Assembly: GCA_965203445.1 (NCBI GenBank) | Contig: OZ241883.1 | Location: 384,001 to 448,000, forward strand | Length of the DNA: 64,000 bases | Direction: 5' to 3' | Source of the DNA: Candidatus Oxydemutator sp. | GTDB taxonomy: Bacteria > Pseudomonadota > Gammaproteobacteria > Poriferisulfidales > Oxydemutatoraceae | Shown here: positions 21,537-32,808 of the stretch, piece by piece | How positions within the stretch are numbered: the first letter of the stretch is position 1 | How the letters are laid out: each line of letters starts with the position of its first letter | Translations under genes and position numbers: made by a program | Notes under the pieces: generated by a model | The model's input: the letters and a program-made list of their open reading frames with translations, nothing else | Told to the model about the DNA's origin: nothing | The model's database searches: none

Positions 21537-22736
21537 CTACTTTTTCCACAATGTCACTTTGAACGCATTTTCAGTTTCTTCAAAATCCGGTTCCCTGTCA
21601 TTTTGCTCAAGCATTAACGGAATTACCTTGCGGCGTATGCCCATGCCCCGTTCTTCCAGGTAGCCGTACTCCCTGAAAATCCTCGTGCACTTCGGATTGC
21701 GTAATACTTGCTCGCCGCTTTTGATGTTTTCTACGGTCACCCCATTAGGCAGCCCGCCGGGACTGATAATCTCCAGGCGGTTGCTATAGGCAGCTATGCG
21801 TACATAGTTACTTTTTGTCCAGTCCCTGTGTATGAGGGCATTGACAATCAACTCCCTGACGGCCTCATATGGATAGTCCCAGGTTCGCCTGCGTGTCGTT
21901 TCCTGCAACTCCTCCTTGCTGATGTGTGGCCTGATAAGTGCTATCAGCCTGTCGTGCAGGGCGGGTTCAATGGCTTTGTTGCCTGAACTCTCGCCGCGAA
22001 ATTCCAGAAAAGGCGCATCCAGAATTTCATCGAGGACACTGTCGTAATCCTTATCTTCGCCCGGATACACCGTAAGGCGCACAACCGCCTGTGGCAGTCT
22101 CAATCCGGGTTGTCTGGCAAACAGTACATACGCGAAATAACTGCATGTATATGGCTCGTCCTCACCCACCAGGAAATTCCGGCTGATCAGCATTTGCCGC
22201 CAATCCGATATGGAAGAATCATCCAGGACTCTTTCAAAGTACTCGACGTAGCGGCGCCTATCCAAATCTTCCATAGAGGAACCGTGCACGGGGAAATTAT
22301 CTGTGGCCAGCAACCCCCCGGAGGCGAACAAGCGGGCCTGTTGTTCACGCCCGGCCAACCGGCAGGTGTTCCCGTAACGCACGTAAACGTCTTCACGATC
22401 ATGATGTTTGAGCACATGAGGCTTGCTGTTGCCTTGAGGGATTTGCACGACGGCGACGGATTTTCCCTCGATATCGAATATTTCGTAACCCGGCTCTATA
22501 TGCGGGTGGACGTGCCTGCCAATGACCGTATCCATCAACCATTCCTGAAGATTGCCTCGCTGGGTACCGCTGACGTGGCCATCATCCTCGACGCCTATCA
22601 GAATAGTGCCGCCGTTCATGTTGGCGAAGGCAACGATTTCTTTGGCAAATGTCTCGGCGCGCTCATTGTCACGCTTAAACTCCAATTTCGCACCCCCGCC
22701 CTGTGCAATCATTGCCAATACATCACTTTTCAGCAT
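21537..22736 (-). CDS. Schlafen/AlbA_2 domain + HATPase_c_4-like domain protein
   Basis: LEFKRD...EIVAFANMNGGTILIGVEDDG; RELIVNALIHRDW, IISPGGL and RNP. Confidence 0.85.
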   Translation of the reverse strand: MLKSDVLAMIAQGGGAKLEFKRDNERAETFAKEIVAFANMNGGTILIGVEDDGHVSGTQRGNLQEWLMDTVIGRHVHPHIEPGYEIFDIEGKSVAVVQIPQGNSKPHVLKHHDREDVYVRYGNTCRLAGREQQARLFASGGLLATDNFPVHGSSMEDLDRRRYVEYFERVLDDSSISDWRQMLISRNFLVGEDEPYTCSYFAYVLFARQPGLRLPQAVVRLTVYPGEDKDYDSVLDEILDAPFLEFRGESSGNKAIEPALHDRLIALIRPHISKEELQETTRRRTWDYPYEAVRELIVNALIHRDWTKSNYVRIAAYSNRLEIISPGGLPNGVTVENIKSGEQVLRNPKCTRIFREYGYLEERGMGIRRKVIPLMLEQNDREPDFEETENAFKVTLWKK

Positions 22737-22738
22737 TA

Positions 22739-25426
22739 TCAATAACCGTATTTGCGTCCGCGCATCTCAAAGGCCGCCTTGCCGCCTTCCAGTATCTTGG
22801 CCGCCTGCTTGCGTACTGCCGGTTTATCAATGGAACCCGCCTCCTTGACTTTCCCCTTGTCCTTTTCGCTGTGCAATACCGCGATCAATTCGGCATCACC
22901 AAAAACTGGAATATTGGCGTTGTGGGTTGCAAAAATGAACTGTCGGCCAGTCTTGAACTTTCTCAAGTCACGTACAATCCGATCGGCGATGAAGGCGTTA
23001 TCCAAGTTATCCTCCGGCTGATCAATAATCAATGGATCATCACGGTTTAATAGCAGCAGGTTCAAAATAGCAGTACATTGTTGACCAGTGGAAAGGCTGT
23101 CCAGCGGTTTATACTCCTCGCCGTCATGCGCGATATTCAATTCGATCTCAATTTTATCCTCCAATTCAATCTCTTCCAGCTCGAGTCTTTTCTTCAAATC
23201 CAGCCTTGATAATTTTTCAGCGGTACTTTTTTGCATTCCGACAGACCTGTATTCCTTCATAAAGGCCTCTACATTTCCTTTCTCTGCCCATTTTGACCAA
23301 GCCAACAGGTTCAAATCGGCTACTTCATCCAGCCATTTTATTCTGGCTTCGCCTATACCCCCAATATCGAGCAAAAAAACTTTCAGTGGTTGCAGATCGC
23401 CAAAACGTTTTACAGTAAGTCTCACTTTCCCTTTCAAGTCATTTTCATTTAAATTCTCTACGGCTTCTTGCAGAGCCCTATATCGCTCAAAGGCAGTTTG
23501 GCGATATTCTTCCATAAGATCTTCTCTTTCTTTTTTAAGAACCCCGATCAACTGCTTTTGGCGACGGTGCTCTTCTTTTTGTCTGTCTATACGTCTCAGC
23601 TCCTCGATAATGTCCGTGTATTCCTGCCCCAATTCGCTACCTGGCTTTCCTGATTGTTCCGGCAACTGGGCCTTTACCTGACGCAGATCATCTTCGATTT
23701 TCTCGACCTCGCTTTCCCATTCTTTTTCTAATGCAGCGAGTTCATTGGAAGTGTCCTCCAAGCTTTTATCCGCTTGCTCAACCATACCGTCCGTTTGTTC
23801 CTTCAGCCTCTCAAGTGCTCCTCGCATCTTTGCCAGGATAACTCTGTCGGGTAGTGCGCTGATTCTGGATTCCTGCAAGAATTCCAAGTCAAATACTTCC
23901 TCATACCTTTTCAGCCAATCCTTGACTAGCGCAACCTGCTCCTTGACACGTGCCTGGATATTTTTTTCCTTTCCGACCAGATCAACCTTTTTCAATTTCT
24001 TGCTTACACCCAGATCTTCAAAACGCTTCAATTGTTCCTGCAGCATCGGTATCCGCTGAACGGAACTATCCAGATTTTCAAACTCTTTGTCCGCCTTAAT
24101 CCATTTTTCTCTATTGTCCGCCATTCGTTTCCTGCTTTCCCGAAGACTTCCATCAAACTTATCCCTACCAGATAAAAAGCCGTTCATCAGCTCCCGCTTG
24201 GCTGTATCGTTTTCTACGATTTCCAGGATCTCATTCTGTCCCAACAATGTAACGGCAGGCAAAATTTCTTTCGAACTAAGATTAGAAACTTCGCCATTCT
24301 TGTTTTTCACGATGGCCCGTTCGCCAAAACGCCTGCTGATCGTGTAACACTGGCTCGACTGCGCCCTCGATTTGACGCTTAGGGTAATTTTTGAATCGCC
24401 CAGATTTTTTTTATAAAACTCATTGGATACCTTGCTTCCCTCCGACACGTACCGTTCCAGGACGTAGCGTATGCCTTCAATCAGAGTTGTTTTACCAGTG
24501 CCACGGCCACCGATAACGGCATTTAAATTTGGGGAGAAATAGAGTGTATTTTCCTCAAAAAATCCTTTGCCTTTGCCTTCCCATTGAATGGAACTGATAA
24601 CTGAATAAGAAGGCTCTGCAATATCATGATTCAATCGGATGCGGGATTCAGGATCGTGGAACGCCTGCCTGAAAGCCTCAAAACTGGGTTCGGTCATTTT
24701 CACTAGGCAGGATGCAGAAGTATCTGACAGTGTTTCAGGCTTATCTATATCCTTGGCATTGATAATGACGATAGGCTTTTCTCTTTTGTAATCAAGATTT
24801 TTGTTTTCTATGATTTTCCTGTATCTAGCTAAATCTTCTTTTTCCAACTGTAAGTCTTCTATACGTCCGGGAATTTGTCCGACGATTACTACTTTCTCTT
24901 TTTTCCACAAATGTACGAGGTTTCCGCCACTGCCGTCTAATCTCAATAAGCCATTCTTACCGGTCATATGTGCGGCGTACCAGAAGCCGTTTTGCTCATC
25001 TATTTTTTTAGCAATATCTTCGCAGCTTAATGAGGAAGGGTGGGTTGGTTCGCACTGAAGCTGGGCGTAGTTTGTGCCCATCAACTGGGCAAGATGCCCG
25101 TTGAGGCTATCCAAGGGAGTATCTTCAGCATAAAGACAAACCATATGAATATTCTCGGAACTGGAAATCTCAAACCCCGGAAACACGGTGAGATCTTTAT
25201 CTCGATCCCGCAAAAAGTTCCGTAGGCCTTCCGAGTCTTTAACTCCTCCGTGATCTGCAAGTCCTACAACTTTGATTTTATTCTGTTTGCATTGCCACAA
25301 TACTTCCTGGTTGTAATTTTCTGCGCTCGATTTTGGCTGTCCCCGATACTCCAGGCCGTAGGTACAGGGATTAACCTGCAATGCACACTTGTAAAAGCGT
25401 GCTCCCTGATATTCCTCGTTATTCAT
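22739..25426 (-). CDS. PHP-domain + coiled-coil ABC ATPase (TrlF/Ppl-like)
   Basis: PHP-like LADH, GFE and AAH motifs; Walker A GGRGTGKT, long coiled coil, LSTGQ, IIDQPEDNLD and ATHN; start overlaps the mod stop. Confidence 0.87.
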   Translation of the reverse strand: MNNEEYQGARFYKCALQVNPCTYGLEYRGQPKSSAENYNQEVLWQCKQNKIKVVGLADHGGVKDSEGLRNFLRDRDKDLTVFPGFEISSSENIHMVCLYAEDTPLDSLNGHLAQLMGTNYAQLQCEPTHPSSLSCEDIAKKIDEQNGFWYAAHMTGKNGLLRLDGSGGNLVHLWKKEKVVIVGQIPGRIEDLQLEKEDLARYRKIIENKNLDYKREKPIVIINAKDIDKPETLSDTSASCLVKMTEPSFEAFRQAFHDPESRIRLNHDIAEPSYSVISSIQWEGKGKGFFEENTLYFSPNLNAVIGGRGTGKTTLIEGIRYVLERYVSEGSKVSNEFYKKNLGDSKITLSVKSRAQSSQCYTISRRFGERAIVKNKNGEVSNLSSKEILPAVTLLGQNEILEIVENDTAKRELMNGFLSGRDKFDGSLRESRKRMADNREKWIKADKEFENLDSSVQRIPMLQEQLKRFEDLGVSKKLKKVDLVGKEKNIQARVKEQVALVKDWLKRYEEVFDLEFLQESRISALPDRVILAKMRGALERLKEQTDGMVEQADKSLEDTSNELAALEKEWESEVEKIEDDLRQVKAQLPEQSGKPGSELGQEYTDIIEELRRIDRQKEEHRRQKQLIGVLKKEREDLMEEYRQTAFERYRALQEAVENLNENDLKGKVRLTVKRFGDLQPLKVFLLDIGGIGEARIKWLDEVADLNLLAWSKWAEKGNVEAFMKEYRSVGMQKSTAEKLSRLDLKKRLELEEIELEDKIEIELNIAHDGEEYKPLDSLSTGQQCTAILNLLLLNRDDPLIIDQPEDNLDNAFIADRIVRDLRKFKTGRQFIFATHNANIPVFGDAELIAVLHSEKDKGKVKEAGSIDKPAVRKQAAKILEGGKAAFEMRGRKYGY

Positions 25427-28011
25427 AAGTTCACCACCCGCAGGCTTTCGACGCCGCGGTCGTCTACTATTTTTACGGCTATGCGTTTGTGCTCGCCCGG
25501 CTGGAAGGGCAGCGACGTTACGCCGTGATAGTTCTTTATCAAATCCTGATCTATTTCGGCTTTCAGGCTTTTGGCGAGTTTTGACCAGCCGTCTTTGTTG
25601 CCGGCCATCGGGAAAAACACCTGTTTCGGGTACAGGCTTCGTCCGTCATAGTCGGTGTCCAGCATCCAGACGGCTATCTGGCTCTGGTCGCCGGATTCGA
25701 GTTCGCCGGTTCTGGTGTTGAAATAATCGAAGCCGCGAACCTCCACCCGCCATTGGCCTTCGTCGGCGCCTTCGCCAATCCGGTGCGCTTCCACGTCCGG
25801 CTGGCCGACGAGCCAGAAACTGTCGCTGCCGCGCTGTTTTTTGCGCAGGTCTTCGGTTTGCAGGTCGGCGTTCATCTGCACTTTCAGCAGCGTCATGCCC
25901 GGCCAGTCGGTTTCATCAACGTCTTTCGCCGCCTCGGGGTCGAACTGGAAGGCGACGAAGATGATAATCGCGGGCTTGGGGCGCAAGGTGCCGGCTTCCT
26001 CGAGGGCGCGTTCCACCTGTCGCTGTTCCAGCGGCGCGTGTTCGGGGCCGAAGCAGATGACGACGCGCCGCGGCTGGTACGCGGTCGCGGCCTTTTCCGC
26101 CACCTTGTCGGCGCCGCTGTCGTCGGGGCGGGTCTCGGCTTCGGCGTGCAGATGCTCTCCGGGAAACGGCTCCACCCGCGAGAACATGATCCGCTGGCCG
26201 CTTTTGCCGCGGATGCCGGTCTTCAGCAGTTCATTCCGCCATTCGTCCTGGCGCAGCGTCTCGCCGGAGCGGGCGATGGAGTCGGCAGTCTCTTGCTTCT
26301 CCCTCTCGGAGAGGGTTGGGGTCGGGGGCGCCTTTTCTACCATCTCTGCAATGGATTTGACCATCGGCGCCGGCACCGCTTCCACGGTGAAGGGACCGGT
26401 TACGCGGGCCTTTTTGGTGTCGCGCAGCGGCTGGTCGTAGAGGGTTTCGGTGGCCGGTGGTTCGTTATTGGCGATGCTTTTTAACGTGATATGTGGAACC
26501 GTCTTGTACTTGAAACCACTGCCCACGCCTTCGTCGGGATAAGCCAGTTGGTAGTAGTCAAATACCGCAGCTATCAACCGCTGCTTGGCAAGCGTCAGTG
26601 CCACACGGGAGGTATCGCAGGTAATCCAGCGCCGGCCCCATTGCTCGGCGACATGGGCGGTGGTGCCGCTGCCGCAGGTCGGGTCAAAGACTAAATCGCC
26701 GGGGTCAGTGGTCATCAACATGCAGCGTTGGATGACTTTATTGGAGGTCTGTACAGCATAAAGCATATCAGTCGCTCCATGCGTATCGTCCCATATGTTA
26801 TGCAGAGACTGAACGGGGAAATCATCATAGTACTGGACAAAACAAGGCAAGGCTCCTGGTGCCATAACCCTCTTTTTAGAAATTAGATTTTCCATCCCCT
26901 TCCGATGAGTGCGCCAACTTTTCTTACCACACTTGATTAGTTGTCCATCAAGTTTAAAATCGTACATACAAGTTGGCGTATAACCAGAGGAAGACAGGGC
27001 AGACGTGAAGAAAGGCCGACCATCTCGAGGCAAAAGATTAGGGTTATTCTTTTCCTCACGGGTCATCTTTCGACGTTCCCCATTATTCAACTCGACCCAT
27101 GTATATCCAGTGTTTTGTCCTATTGGCTTTTTCTCAAAAAGGTTTCTGAATTTCGCTTTCTTACCATCTTTCGCATACCAAACCAAGTAGTCGGATATTC
27201 CAGGCAGACCAGAGCTTCCAAGAGGAAGAGTTTTCTTAAAAGTAATCAAACTCACAAAATTCTCCGTCCTAAACACCTCATCCATCAGATTCCGCACCAA
27301 ATGCACGTTCTCATCCGAAATCTGCACAAAGCACGATCCGCTTTCATGCAGCAACTCCCGCGCCAGCAGCAGGCGGTCGCGCATGTAAGTCAAGTACGAA
27401 TGGATCCCCAACTCCCAGGTATCCCGGAACGCGCGGATCATCTCCGGTTCGGCGGTCAGGTCCTCGTCCTTGCCGTCCTTCACGTCGCGCTGGTTGACGA
27501 ACGGCTGAAAATTGCTGCCGTAGCGAATCCCGTAAGGCGGGTCCATATAAACGCACTGCACCTTGCCCGCCATGCCCTCTTTCTCCAGCAGCGAGTTCAT
27601 CACCAGCAGGCTGTCGCCGGCGACCAGACGATTGCTCCAGCCGTGCCGGTGCCGGTAAAACTCGACCGCCTCGCGCAGCGGCGGGTTCTGCTCGGCGGAC
27701 GAGAACAAAGGCTGCTGCGGCATGCCGCCGTTGCCGTTCGCTTTGCGCACCGCCTCGATAATCGTGCGCGCCTCGATGCGCTCGTGCACGTGCAGCGAGA
27801 CCGTCGGCACCTCGAAGGAAGTATGCTCGGCTTTGCCCGCCCATTGCAGCGCCGGATCAATGTGCTGATCGTAGGTCCAGGTCTTGTTCCGGCCCGCGTC
27901 CGCGTCCGTATCCGGCGTGACCAGTCCCACCGGCGGATTGTTGACGCGCGCCTTGTCCGCGTGGGCGTAGCTTTCTATCGGCTTTTTCCGGTTTGCCTTT
28001 TTTCTGGGCAT
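25423..28011 (-). CDS. Type III R-M DNA methyltransferase (Mod)
   Basis: DPPY precedes DPTCGSGTT (beta-class order) with a low-GC target-recognition domain between them; alternative start at 28059. Confidence 0.92.
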   Translation of the reverse strand: MPRKKANRKKPIESYAHADKARVNNPPVGLVTPDTDADAGRNKTWTYDQHIDPALQWAGKAEHTSFEVPTVSLHVHERIEARTIIEAVRKANGNGGMPQQPLFSSAEQNPPLREAVEFYRHRHGWSNRLVAGDSLLVMNSLLEKEGMAGKVQCVYMDPPYGIRYGSNFQPFVNQRDVKDGKDEDLTAEPEMIRAFRDTWELGIHSYLTYMRDRLLLARELLHESGSCFVQISDENVHLVRNLMDEVFRTENFVSLITFKKTLPLGSSGLPGISDYLVWYAKDGKKAKFRNLFEKKPIGQNTGYTWVELNNGERRKMTREEKNNPNLLPRDGRPFFTSALSSSGYTPTCMYDFKLDGQLIKCGKKSWRTHRKGMENLISKKRVMAPGALPCFVQYYDDFPVQSLHNIWDDTHGATDMLYAVQTSNKVIQRCMLMTTDPGDLVFDPTCGSGTTAHVAEQWGRRWITCDTSRVALTLAKQRLIAAVFDYYQLAYPDEGVGSGFKYKTVPHITLKSIANNEPPATETLYDQPLRDTKKARVTGPFTVEAVPAPMVKSIAEMVEKAPPTPTLSEREKQETADSIARSGETLRQDEWRNELLKTGIRGKSGQRIMFSRVEPFPGEHLHAEAETRPDDSGADKVAEKAATAYQPRRVVICFGPEHAPLEQRQVERALEEAGTLRPKPAIIIFVAFQFDPEAAKDVDETDWPGMTLLKVQMNADLQTEDLRKKQRGSDSFWLVGQPDVEAHRIGEGADEGQWRVEVRGFDYFNTRTGELESGDQSQIAVWMLDTDYDGRSLYPKQVFFPMAGNKDGWSKLAKSLKAEIDQDLIKNYHGVTSLPFQPGEHKRIAVKIVDDRGVESLRVVNL
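26299..26328. repeat. REP-like CCCTCTCC/GGAGAGGG element inside the mod coding sequence
   Basis: ctccctctcggagagggttggggtcggggg encodes PTPTLSERE in frame; same family as the repeats at 35399 and 40008. Confidence 0.6.
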
Positions 28012-28070
28012 CTGGCTTTTGCGGGGTTGCTGTGGCAGTTCCCCGAAGGGCGCACTCACTTATTGTAACC

Positions 28071-28165
28071 GCTATCGCGTGCCTGCATCCCACTGCCGGG
28101 GAATACCGCCCCTGCCTGGTGAGGGCGGAAAGCTATGAACCGCCGGAGCATTTTCACGTGCCGGA
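28071..28165 (+). pseudogene. Third, fragmentary Fic copy
   Basis: AIACLHPTAGEYRPCLVRAESYEPPEHFHVPE matches the Fic genes at 9844 and 11521. Confidence 0.88.
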
Positions 28166-29344
28166 ACTTGCCGGCGGCATAGCCCGCTGCATGAACTCGT
28201 CGAACAGCGGCACCGTGAACGCGGTATCGCCGTGTTTCGGACTGTAGATCATGCCTTTCGCTATGAGGCTGCCGCGACGCGGTGCGACGGCTCGAACGTC
28301 TTTGTTCATTCGAGCGGCGATTTCTCTGGATTTGTGAGGACCAGACCCTAGTTCCGCCATCGCTCTAAGGTATTCTCTCTCACGCGGAGTGCAGCGGTCG
28401 TAACGGACGCGAAAGAACCCCACGTCCAGCCGGTCCAAGGCATGGACGGTGGCGGTCTCGACGTCCGACAGCGTGATGGTTTCCCCCTTTGCGACCAGCC
28501 AGGATTGAGAACCCCACTCCTGGAGAAAATAAGGGTAGCCCTGCGTCTGCGACAGGATTTCCCGCAAAGCGGGCGCCTCAAAAGACACCCCCTCGCGTTC
28601 GGCGGGATCCTGTATCGCATAACGCGCCGCCTCGTCGTCCAGTTTTCCGATCTCTGAAAACTCGAACAATCGTTCCGCATAGGACTTGGCCTTGCCAACG
28701 TCTCTGATCAGTTGCGGCAGCCCGGCCCCGATGACGGTGACGGGCCGCTGCTTCTGCTGGCATTTGTGCAAAGCCGTAATCAATGCCTCCAACTGACTTT
28801 CCTTCACGTACTGAAGCTCGTCAATGAAAATGGCGATGGCGGTTTTTTTCTCCTTCGCCGCCTCGCCGATGGCGCAGAGTAGATCGGGCAGGTCCGTTTC
28901 GAGCTTGCCCGTGTTGGCAATGCCGGAACCACCGTCGATCTCGAGACGCACCGTTACGTCTTTGTATTTCACTCGCACACTGTTGAGGAAGTCGGCAAAA
29001 GCATGCCACGCTTTCATCACGTAGCCTCTTGCCTTCTCGTACGGATCCAGCGCGGTAAGGGTCTTGCGCAATTCCGGAACCAGCAGCGAGGGCAAAGAGT
29101 ATTTTTCCAGCATCTCCAGTTGCAGGCAGACAATACCGCGGGTTTGCGCATCTTCGGCAATGCGGTTCAGGAGCACGGTTTTACCGACACCTCGGAGCCC
29201 GATATAGAGAATACCGTTCACGTGGCGCCCGGCGAGAAGCCGCTTTGAGTTGACGATGGCGGTTTCCAGCAGCGAAGCTCGGCCCGCCAATGCAGGGGGA
29301 GTACGGCCGGCACTGGGCACATAGGGGTTTTTAACTGCATCCAT
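28154..29344 (-). CDS. AAA (AAA_16-like) ATPase with probable C-terminal winged HTH
   Basis: NPYVPSAG, GLRGVGKT, IFIDELQ and GYPYFLQ; C-terminal SREIAARM...RGSLIAKGMIY. Confidence 0.85.
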   Translation of the reverse strand: MDAVKNPYVPSAGRTPPALAGRASLLETAIVNSKRLLAGRHVNGILYIGLRGVGKTVLLNRIAEDAQTRGIVCLQLEMLEKYSLPSLLVPELRKTLTALDPYEKARGYVMKAWHAFADFLNSVRVKYKDVTVRLEIDGGSGIANTGKLETDLPDLLCAIGEAAKEKKTAIAIFIDELQYVKESQLEALITALHKCQQKQRPVTVIGAGLPQLIRDVGKAKSYAERLFEFSEIGKLDDEAARYAIQDPAEREGVSFEAPALREILSQTQGYPYFLQEWGSQSWLVAKGETITLSDVETATVHALDRLDVGFFRVRYDRCTPREREYLRAMAELGSGPHKSREIAARMNKDVRAVAPRRGSLIAKGMIYSPKHGDTAFTVPLFDEFMQRAMPPASSGT

Positions 29345-29710
29345 TTATAAGAATTTTACCCTGTTTTATGAGATCTTGATAAACTGGGGTAAAAATTTTA
29401 TAAATAGCTGGCGCCAAGCGCATAGGGGCTGTTGGCCACGTCCATTTATAAGAAGTTTATCCTGTTTTATGGGATTTTGATAAAATGGGGTAAAAAATTT
29501 ATAAACAGCTGGCGCCAAGCGCATAGGGGCTGTTGGCCACGTCCATTTATAAGAATTTTACCCTGCTTTATGAGATTTTGATAAAATGGGGTAAAAAATT
29601 TATAAATAGGCGGCGCCAAGCGCATAGGGGCTGTTGGCCGCGTCCATTTATAAGAAGTTTATCCTGGTTTATGGGATTTTGATAAACTGGGGTAAAAATT
29701 TTATAAATAG
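29308..29710. repeat. Four tandem 101-bp units, each with a ~60-bp AT-rich palindrome and the first codons of the AAA ATPase
   Basis: ccatttataagaa recurs at 29341, 29442, 29543 and 29644. Confidence 0.93.
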
Positions 29711-29727
29711 AATTATTCCGCGTTATA

Positions 29728-30795
29728 TCAGCGTGCGCCGGCGTGCACCGCGTCCACCAGCACCGCTACTTTGGCCGGGTCGGTCTGCTTGAGGACGCCG
29801 TGCCCCAGGTTGAACACGTGGCCGGGAGCGGCGCCGAACTCTTCGAGGATGCGGCGGGTCTCGGCGCGGATGACTTTTTCCGAGGCGAGCAGCGCGGTCG
29901 GGTCGAGGTTGCCCTGGAGCGCAACCGTCGCACCGACGCGGCGTCTGGCGTCGCCCAAGTGCATGCTCCAGTCGAGGCCGAGTGCGTCGCAGCCGGCGGC
30001 GGCCATGTCTTCCAGCCACGCGCCGCCGCCCTTCGTGAACAGGATGACCGGCGCGTCGCGGCGGCTTTTCAGCTTCGCAATCGCGCGGCGCGCCGGCGCC
30101 AGCGAAAAGCGCCGGTAGCGGTCGCCCGACAGCACGCCGCCCCAGGTGTCGAAAATCATCACGCAATCGGCGCCGGCTGCTATCTGCGCGTCGAGATACG
30201 CGGCCACCGATTCGGCCAGCACCTCCAGCAGCCGTTCGAGCAACGCCGGGCGGTCGAACATCATTTGTTTTATCACCCGGAAGTCGCGCGACGCGCGGCC
30301 CTCGACCATGTAGGCGGCGAGCGTCCACGGGCTGCCCGCAAAACCGATCAGCGGCACGCGCCCGGCGAGCGCGCGACGCAACAGGCGGACGGCCTCCATC
30401 ACGTAGGCCAGGTCTTCGTCGGGGGCCGGCGCGCGCAGTGCGTTTATGTGCGCCTCGTCGCGCACCGGGCGCGCGAAATACGGGCCTTCGTTTTCCCGAA
30501 AGCCCAACCCCAGCCCCATCGCATCGGGGATCGTCAGGATGTCCGAAAACACTATCGCGGCGTCGAGCGGATAGCGTTCGACGGGTTGCAGGCTGACCTC
30601 GCAGGCCAGTTCCGGCGTCTTGCACAACGTCAGAAAATCGCCGGCGCGTTCGCGCGCGCGACGGTACTCGGGCAGATAGCGCCCGGCCTGGCGCATCAAC
30701 CAGACGGGCGTGGCGTCCACCGGCTGGCGGCGCAGCGCGCGCAGCAGGCGGTCGTTGTCCGGCGGGGCGTTGTCCGGCGGGGCAGTTCCCGGCAT
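29728..30795 (-). CDS. hemE: Uroporphyrinogen decarboxylase
   Basis: [33 protein letters not shown] and FNLGHG. Confidence 0.97.
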   Translation of the reverse strand: MPGTAPPDNAPPDNDRLLRALRRQPVDATPVWLMRQAGRYLPEYRRARERAGDFLTLCKTPELACEVSLQPVERYPLDAAIVFSDILTIPDAMGLGLGFRENEGPYFARPVRDEAHINALRAPAPDEDLAYVMEAVRLLRRALAGRVPLIGFAGSPWTLAAYMVEGRASRDFRVIKQMMFDRPALLERLLEVLAESVAAYLDAQIAAGADCVMIFDTWGGVLSGDRYRRFSLAPARRAIAKLKSRRDAPVILFTKGGGAWLEDMAAAGCDALGLDWSMHLGDARRRVGATVALQGNLDPTALLASEKVIRAETRRILEEFGAAPGHVFNLGHGVLKQTDPAKVAVLVDAVHAGAR

Positions 30796-30800
30796 ACGCT

Positions 30801-32273
<1,473 letters not shown>

Positions 32274-32353
32274 TCATACAGGAAGGCGGGTTTTGCAGAC
32301 GCGCGGGCGGGTTTGGCGCGCCGACGGCCGAGGCGGCGGTGCCGCGCGGCGTA

Positions 32354-32797
32354 TCAGGAAGCGGATAGCCGCCGTTTGACTTCGCGGCTGACCTGGGCCA
32401 GGTCGGCGCGGCCCTGCGCCATCTCCTTGACGGCGCCCATGACGCGCCCCATCGCGCGCATATCCGACGCGCCGGCCTGCTCGACGGCGCGGTCTATCAG
32501 GCGCGCCAGCTCGTCGCCGGACAGCGGTTCGGGCAGATAACTCCGGATGACCTCAAGCTCGAATTGCTCGCGCGCGCGCAAGTCCTCGCGTTGCGCGTCG
32601 GCGAACTGCCCCATCGCCTCGTTTCTCTGTTTGGCCATCTTTTGCAGCACCGCGACGACGCCGGCGTCGTCCAGCGCGGCGCGCTTGTCAATCTCGACGC
32701 GCTTTATGTCCGACAGCATCAGCCGCAGCACCGAAAGGCGGCGCTTGTCGCCGGCCTTCAGCGCGGCCTTCATGTCGTCCGCGATGCGCGACTTCAT
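32354..32797 (-). CDS. GatB/YqeY domain protein
   Basis: DDMKAALKAGDK...KMAKQR...YLPEPLS...MGRVMG; follows rpsU. Confidence 0.92.
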   Translation of the reverse strand: MKSRIADDMKAALKAGDKRRLSVLRLMLSDIKRVEIDKRAALDDAGVVAVLQKMAKQRNEAMGQFADAQREDLRAREQFELEVIRSYLPEPLSGDELARLIDRAVEQAGASDMRAMGRVMGAVKEMAQGRADLAQVSREVKRRLSAS

Positions 32798-32808
32798 CGC
32801 CGCATGAA

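Larger units (their letters stand above)
9067..29727. other. Defence/genomic island between mrcA and hemE
   Basis: Contains R-M, ATPase, helicase, Fic and IS relic genes, patches of much lower GC and internal duplications; no integrase seen. Confidence 0.85.

Noticed and set aside
15089-25426. Integron cassette array
   Set aside because: No intI and no recognisable attC sites between the genes.
29308-29710. Possible CRISPR array
   Set aside because: Whole 101-bp units repeat with no unique spacers, and there are no cas genes.
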